A DNA stretch of 61,455 nucleotides, filler included, from Choristocarpus tenellus KU-1152 (lineage: Eukaryota; Protista; Phaeophyceae): the NCBI GenBank assembly GCA_964200185.2. It is 14 parts of 14 records of this genome, joined end to end, with 100 filler letters (N's around TTAATTAATTAA, not from the genome) between each part and the next. Parts side by side here need not be neighbours in the genome. Positions count along the whole stretch, not along the records: positions 55,539 to 58,307 come from CAXNAD020024912.1; positions 58,408 to 61,455 come from CAXNAD020022706.1; 12 more parts are not named here. One strand, given 5' to 3'. Below the pieces are notes generated by a model. It was given only the letters and a program-made list of their open reading frames with translations. It ran no database searches and was not told the origin of the DNA. Position 1 is the first letter of the stretch, and the number at the start of each line of letters is the position of its first letter. Of this stretch, positions 55,439 to 61,455 are shown one piece after another. Both the position numbers and the translations under genes were made by a program.

Positions 55439-55861
55439 NNNNNNNNNNNNNNNNNNNNNNNNNNNNNNNNNNNNNNNNNNNNTTAATTAATTAANNNNNN
55501 NNNNNNNNNNNNNNNNNNNNNNNNNNNNNNNNNNNNNNGGGGGGGGGGGGGGGGGGGGGGGGGGAGAAACAAAAATACCAGAAAACAATCTGCCGTGTTC
55601 TGTTCCATTGCATTTGTTCCTGCTCGATCGCAACTGCTGTAGAGAAGCCAAAAGAAAAATATAAAAAGAACACAATTCTAAATACAGGCGCCATCCTCCA
55701 TACTACGAAGACCCACCCATGCCCTGGAAACAATGACTTGAAAAAAGCACACAATTCTTTTGCTAAGTAAGCAAAAGCATGCGCCTCCCATTGCTATGTA
55801 GAGGCATGGGCAAAGGAGAGATGCTAGACACTTAACCCTGAGCATGACCCTAGAATATTAC

Positions 55862-56562
55862 CTCATCATCTGTCATGCTGTCAACATCCAGGTTGCATGT
55901 ACACCCGCATGGCTCTCCAGTGCCAGACTCGCATTCATTGTCGCAACTGTTGTAGTCTCCGAAGTAGGTGTTGGTAGGCCACCGATTAGCGGTAATATAC
56001 TCAAGCACAAAAGTAAGCAACCCAGGAGTGTAAACAGGGTATTCCTTAGCAAACTCGGCAATGTCCACCTGAGGTACAGTTGCCCAAAAATCACAGGGGA
56101 AAAAAAAAAAAAGGTTGAAGCTTCCAAACGTATGTTCAAAAAAAAAAATTCCCCTCTCCTCTCAACCTCACTTGATGCAAATATCCTTGCGCTAAGCTTT
56201 TTCTACCTCTCTCTTGCTGTTCAAGAGTTCACAAGAGCACTAAACTAGAGCACTAAACTAGAGCACTAAAATCACAAAAGAAAAAAAAAATGATCAGGGG
56301 GCTGAAACCCCCTCTCCCGGAACAAATAAATGCATGACCTTTCTCAACGCCAGCACCGGATGATCCCCTAACTCTCTATCTCTATCTCTATCTCTCTCTC
56401 TCGCCCATAACACCGAACAGGTATCAGACAGGCCTGAACAATAATACCATTCCCCGACCCTTCCACCAACCAACCACACAAAAGCCTCCACACTTTTTCT
56501 TTACAACATTAACGAAACATAACAACACACTCCCGACACTCCCCTCCCCTACCCCCTCCCTC

Positions 56563-56593
<31 letters not shown>

Positions 56594-57474
56594 GCCGCAA
56601 CTAGCCGTACCTTGCAGCCCCACGCCCCACCGAGCCAGCCGTGCATGCCCGCATGAACACCCCTCTCAATACACTTCTCCCAGTCGTATATGTTGTCATT
56701 ATTGTCGTAGCAGGAGATGAACGAGTCACACTTCGCGAATATCACACTTCCGGTGAGTCCGCAGTAGGAGTGTGTACGGGTGAGGAAAGGAAGGTCCTAT
56801 TCGAGGGCAGACAAGAGGCACAGGCAGACAAAACACACAAAAAGAGAAGAAAAAATATATATATAGTTTGTTTTTGACGTGAATACCCCACATGGGGACC
56901 CCCACCCATATTCGTACCATGGGGTTGGTTTGCAGTTTATAGGCATTTTGTGTGTGTTGTGTGTGTGTGTGTGTGTGCGTGTTGTTGCACACACACAGCA
57001 ATACACACAGCAACACACACAGCAACACACACACATAAACACATTTGTATACAACCATGTGGTCGTGTCATGTGGATGGGCCAGGCAGTCGGCATGAGTC
57101 AGGTTTGGGGTTCAGGGTGTTATGTCACAAGTTTTAGGCCCTCTTCTGCAGAAGCAGGAGGACATTAGAGACATCTACGTAACTATTTCACAACGTGAGG
57201 TTGGTTGAAACTAGAGGGTGGGCAAAGCCCATACACATGTGTGTACACTCAAGCAGCGGTCGATGAGAGGGACAGGGTACCTCTCGAGTCACAAAAAACA
57301 GGGGGCTTACCCCTACTAAAAAAGCATTGTAACATGAGAAGCAAGTACATCAACACAATGGGGCAGCAGCAGTGAGTGCATGATGCTGCAAAACTCTAGT
57401 ATTATCGAGGTCCATGCAAGTGATCTCCCAGGCATCACAGTGATGAACCACGGCCTACACTATCCAAAACACGT

Positions 57475-57534
<60 letters not shown>

Positions 57535-58054
57535 GGACCCTAAGCCCGACCTCTTCCACCCCTGATACGCTTTGGGGCCTTTCAAACCCTTCTGGAAAAG
57601 ATCTGAGTCACATATGTAACTGCTAAGCCTTGCGCAACAAAAGAAGCACCCCCCCCAAAAAAAAATGCCACACTAGGCACACACACACAAACTACATGTC
57701 AAGAAAACAAGGTGATCCTCATCTTGCTTCAACTACCAATCAACCCCACAATACGTAGCACTCTACTACCACACACACAAACTCCTACAAAAAGGACATC
57801 TTTACACCTCTCTGCCTTCCCTGCCCCACCCCCGGCTTCAACAAAAGAACCCCACGGGTACCTGGTAATTGTACTTGGAGTTAATGAACCCATAAGCACT
57901 GTGCTCTGGCCGAAGGACCGCATTTATTTTTTTTTCCGGGTCGTAGATGGAGGACACATTGGCAAAACGCCCATCAACCACCTGGAAATCCGTGTCAGCG
58001 GACCCTATCGCAGAGCCGAACATATCTGGCCCGAACAGGTCGCTCTCCATCCAC
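55862..58054 (-). CDS. Tyrosinase/type-3 copper domain protein, internal exons
   Basis: Exons 58054-57862 (WMESDLFGPDMFGSA..VVDGRFA..HSAYGFI), 56796-56611 (DLPFLTRTHSYCGL...ERGVHAGMHGWLGGAWGCK, CuB-type H-x3-H-x3-GG) and 56068-55862 (VDIAEF...CDNECES...CGCTC). Phases are compatible. Confidence 0.8.
57476..57531. repeat. (CA)n microsatellite
   Basis: Pure CA run in an intron. Confidence 0.95.
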
Positions 58055-59559
58055 CTGGACGCCCAAAATACAGGACACAATGCGAGCACTTGTTCAATGG
58101 AGTGACGTTTCGGATGTGTGCTCTTGCAACAAACAACGCCAGGATTGAACGGAAGGATGTCGGAACAAAACAGTCCAATCCCGACACTCACACACAGACA
58201 GCCAGCCAGAAGGGTCAACAAAGTATCTGGGGGGGAGGGGGGGGGGAAAGCAAGAGAAAGGGTTTTTGGAAGTTGTCGTACATGCAGAGGTGGCGAGGCC
58301 GATTGTCNNNNNNNNNNNNNNNNNNNNNNNNNNNNNNNNNNNNNNNNNNNNTTAATTAATTAANNNNNNNNNNNNNNNNNNNNNNNNNNNNNNNNNNNNN
58401 NNNNNNNCAAGCAATCTCGCCGGGTTTATCACCTCTATCCTCTTTGATGATTTTGGGGATACTTTAACATCGGGATCTTGCCCATTTTCCATCGTACAGT
58501 GCTCAGGGCAGTGATAAACAGCACATAGCCATTGTTACGTCGCAGCTTCGTACGTGGACTTGAGGGTATGCCAATGCTGACAGACTGTCGTTGATGTGAG
58601 GTTCGCCCCGCTGCCGGAGTCTGTTAAAGAAGTTAATGTCCCCAAGACTTGTGTATGTAAATGACTCGACTAATTCCTTATTATGGAGAACAAGTAGTAT
58701 ATGAAGTACAGAAGGTGAAAGGAAGGAGTGAAGCTCAAAGCTCAAATAGGGGGTTGTCATCTTACCATTCATATTCTAATAACACATCACTCATTCTCTG
58801 TGTCACTTGCTAGAACCTTCCTTTTCTAGGATTCTTCTTGTTGTACTATAATAACCCGTATAATGTTCACATGATTACTCAACAGAGATGTTTCCTATCA
58901 ACTATCCTGTTATCGAAACATAATCCAACAACTGATTATTTATCCTACGAAATCTTCTTATACACATGAATAAAAAGCATATTCTTAACAGTCTGTCAAG
59001 AAGGTCTTGCGCAGGTCCGTGGCAGGTAGCAACGAGACTGCGTAACAGCTGCTCGTCAACTTCTTCGTATGGGATGGTAGGTGGAGTGGTAGTGGTGAAA
59101 AGACGAGAAGTGCGCTGGATCAAAACTCGCTGGACCCGAAGGAGCCACACAGCTCCAGATGCTCACGAAGCAGAGTTCGAACGCGTTTCAGGGGGAGTCA
59201 CCGCTAGGGGAAATAGGTGGTGTTAGCTTGCATTCCATGGCGGTACAGTGGGTTTGTCTAGGGTGTAGTTGGTAGAAATACAAGGCAAGGTCGGGCAAAC
59301 GTGTTGTTGTATGCGTCGATCAAGTGTTGAGGCTCATAACCTGTTGAAACCTGAATCGAACGCATCGTACTTGTTAGCAAAATGCATAGACTACGAGTGA
59401 TGAGGAATCATAGTGTTGCAAAGCACCGATGAGTAAAATGCGTAGTTTGTGTTGTGAATAGATGTGACTGTTACAAAGCACCGATATATTTATTCTCTTG
59501 GAACTGAGGTCACTGATTGCTCAGTGAAGAATGATGTGATGTGAATTCAGTGTTCTTTC

Positions 59560-59817
59560 GAGTCAAAGTATCTTGGAGGGTAGAGTCACGTCCAATTGTG
59601 GACCGAAATCCAATGTTGCAATTTTTATGAAATTTTGGCTATCATGTTTGTTAGGAGATGTCAATATCCTTGTTCTGGACACACCTTTTCATAATGTAGT
59701 CATTCTACCTTCTTCGAGAATTTTGGAGTAGGATAAATATCATTAAAAACCCGTGGGAAGCCAAGCCTCCAATGGACAAACAGGGAAAAATTCGTACCCT
59801 CTAAGATAATTTCACTC
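59560..59817. mobile_element. MITE family A, complete, no recognisable TSD
   Basis: GAGTCAAAGTATCTTGGAGGG...ACCCTCTAAGATAATTTCACTC. Confidence 0.92.
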
Positions 59818-60468
59818 AACAATAGAACAAACTTGAATCAATGTCTGACGCATCTTGAGTGACACATGTTATGCCTGTGTGTGCGATGTGTAGCGACTGT
59901 TCTGATGCTTCATATGTTCCGCGGTGTTGTGATGATGAGCTAGTAATGCAAGTGAAAGTAACGACCAGTACAGTGAACCAATCACCAGTCAGTATGGACT
60001 GGTGGCACTGTATCATATCAAGAAAAAACAAATGGTAGCCTATGTCTTAACAGGGACAGGGCGTGACGTCAATTGTATTGCTTGAGTATTAGTGTATCTG
60101 AATGAAGAGAGGTCCACGACCTGTGGGACAAAATCTCTTGAAGGGGATCCTATGGACTTTGTTGCACGGACCTCAGGTTCCTCCACTGAAATCCAGGATT
60201 TCTGAGGAGGAGCCCTAAACAGTATGACGGTGTACATCATACGGCAATTACGCTATGATAACAGACAACCCTACTTTGTGCGATTTTGTACCTTATTTTG
60301 TACTATTTTATTACAGTGGGTTACCCGATTTTGTTCACCCATGAGCATGCCCGAAAAACGGAACAAAATTGATGCGGAACAAAATCCCATTTGTACCACA
60401 TGGTACAAAACCGGGCATCCGACCATGTGCCAAATGGTACAATATCGGGAGTATTTTTAAAGCAGGAT

Positions 60469-60893
60469 TGCACACGTCTGACGACTATGACTAGTAATCG
60501 TTGTAATCGCAATCGTTGAGCTATTTTTGGAGAGTTTCAAGAATTAGTCGTAGAATCGACTAATAATTGTGGCATTCCTGGGAAATCAATCGTAGAATTG
60601 ACTAACAATTGTGGCATTCCTGAGAAATCAATCGTAGAATTGATTAAATAATCGTGGTGAGCTGGGAAATCAATCATGGAATCGACAAATTAATTGTGGC
60701 GAGCTGGGAAATCAATAGTGGAATCGACTAATTAATCATGGCGAGCTGGGAAATCAATCGTGGAATTGACTAATTAATCGTGGTGAGCTGGGAAATCAAT
60801 CGTGGAATTGACTAACAATCGTCAGTTTATTTTTTGACACCCACAATCGTGATTAAATCGTTTTTACGATTAAATTATTGTCAGACGTGTGCA
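60469..60893. mobile_element. TIR-bounded non-autonomous element containing a ~42-bp tandem array
   Basis: Perfect 14-bp IR TGCACACGTCTGAC (60469-60482) / GTCAGACGTGTGCA (60880-60893). About 6.5 units of AATCGTGGAATTGACTAATTAATCGTGGCGAGCTGGGAAATC at 60547-60822. Confidence 0.8.
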
Positions 60894-61208
60894 GGGTTGT
60901 GAAAAGACGAAAGACTGAATCGATGCAAAGACACGCTACAACATGATTGTAACTGTACGCCACATACTCCACGGGTCAGTTGATATGTCTCGTGGTCCTT
61001 GCAAGCTTCATGGATAGGATGGAAACAATTACGAGCGCTTTTTTTTAATGATGTTTATGTGTTAATGCGCATCTCCCGCCTTGCCATACGGAAAGAGAAG
61101 ACTGTATGTACCTTCTACCTCAGAGNNNNNNNNNNAAAACATATTGTTGCTCTCCTGGCAAGATCTTACTTTGACACAACCCCAAGACGAAAGTATATGC
61201 CAAGCACA

Positions 61209-61455
61209 TCAAAAGAAACGACGAATGTCACTCTGGACTGTTTTTTTCCTCGAGTCGGCCTTGATCCATTCCATTTTTGTCTTCTGCAGCAGAAACGACA
61301 CTTGTTCCATGCATCCCCACACAGCTTGCGCTTCCAACTTGAAACGACTCCACTACATGCTCGTACGGCACTACTCGTTTAGGTTCTTGTGGACTCAGAT
61401 CTTCTACCAATTCTTCTTCAAAGTCCCTGGAATTGTCCTCGTCCTGGTTCGTTCT
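61209..61455 (-). mobile_element. Probable pogo/Tigger-like transposase C-terminus (frameshifted)
   Basis: Acidic stretch DFEEELVEDL, then after a frameshift ...WIKADSRKKTVQSDIRRFF*, like the KKQxxIxxFF tail of pogo-family transposases. Confidence 0.5.

Noticed and set aside
4964-58387. Recurrent TTAATTAATTAA palindrome every few kb
   Set aside because: Always centred in N runs of fixed length. It is an artificial six-frame-stop contig linker.
58500-59230. Coding-like ORFs, possibly viral or TE
   Set aside because: No motif I can recognise, so they cannot be assigned without a search.
60547-60822. CRISPR-like array
   Set aside because: Units repeat along their whole length with no unique spacers, there are no cas genes, and the context is eukaryotic.

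Overview
Eukaryotic, intron-rich genomic DNA, most consistent with a brown alga or close stramenopile relative (inferred from gene and TE families, not proven). The window is an artificial concatenation of 14 short contigs joined by 13 N-TTAATTAATTAA-N linkers, so neighbourhood across linkers carries no biological meaning. Host genes rebuilt by hand from splice sites, all on the minus strand: SMC3 (C-terminal part), CFAP44 (internal exons, with a probable GC-AG intron), THOC6 (3' exons), a possible Borealin-like gene, a complete 5-exon secreted CBM32/discoidin-like gene, a tyrosinase-domain gene and one unknown 3' gene end. The rest is mostly repeat debris: a Copia gag-pol, an RTE-type LINE tail, mariner and pogo-like transposase tails, REL-type non-LTR 3' ends, a solo LTR, a foldback element and a TIR element with a 42-bp array. 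The most striking signal is a dense radiation (over 25 full or partial copies) of non-autonomous elements. They have several unrelated interiors but share G(A/G)GTCAAAGTATCT-type termini and 4-bp TSDs, which fits Sola2-type MITEs. A second notable signal is a multicopy decayed orphan gene family with Tudor-like modules. No CRISPR, rRNA or tRNA was found.
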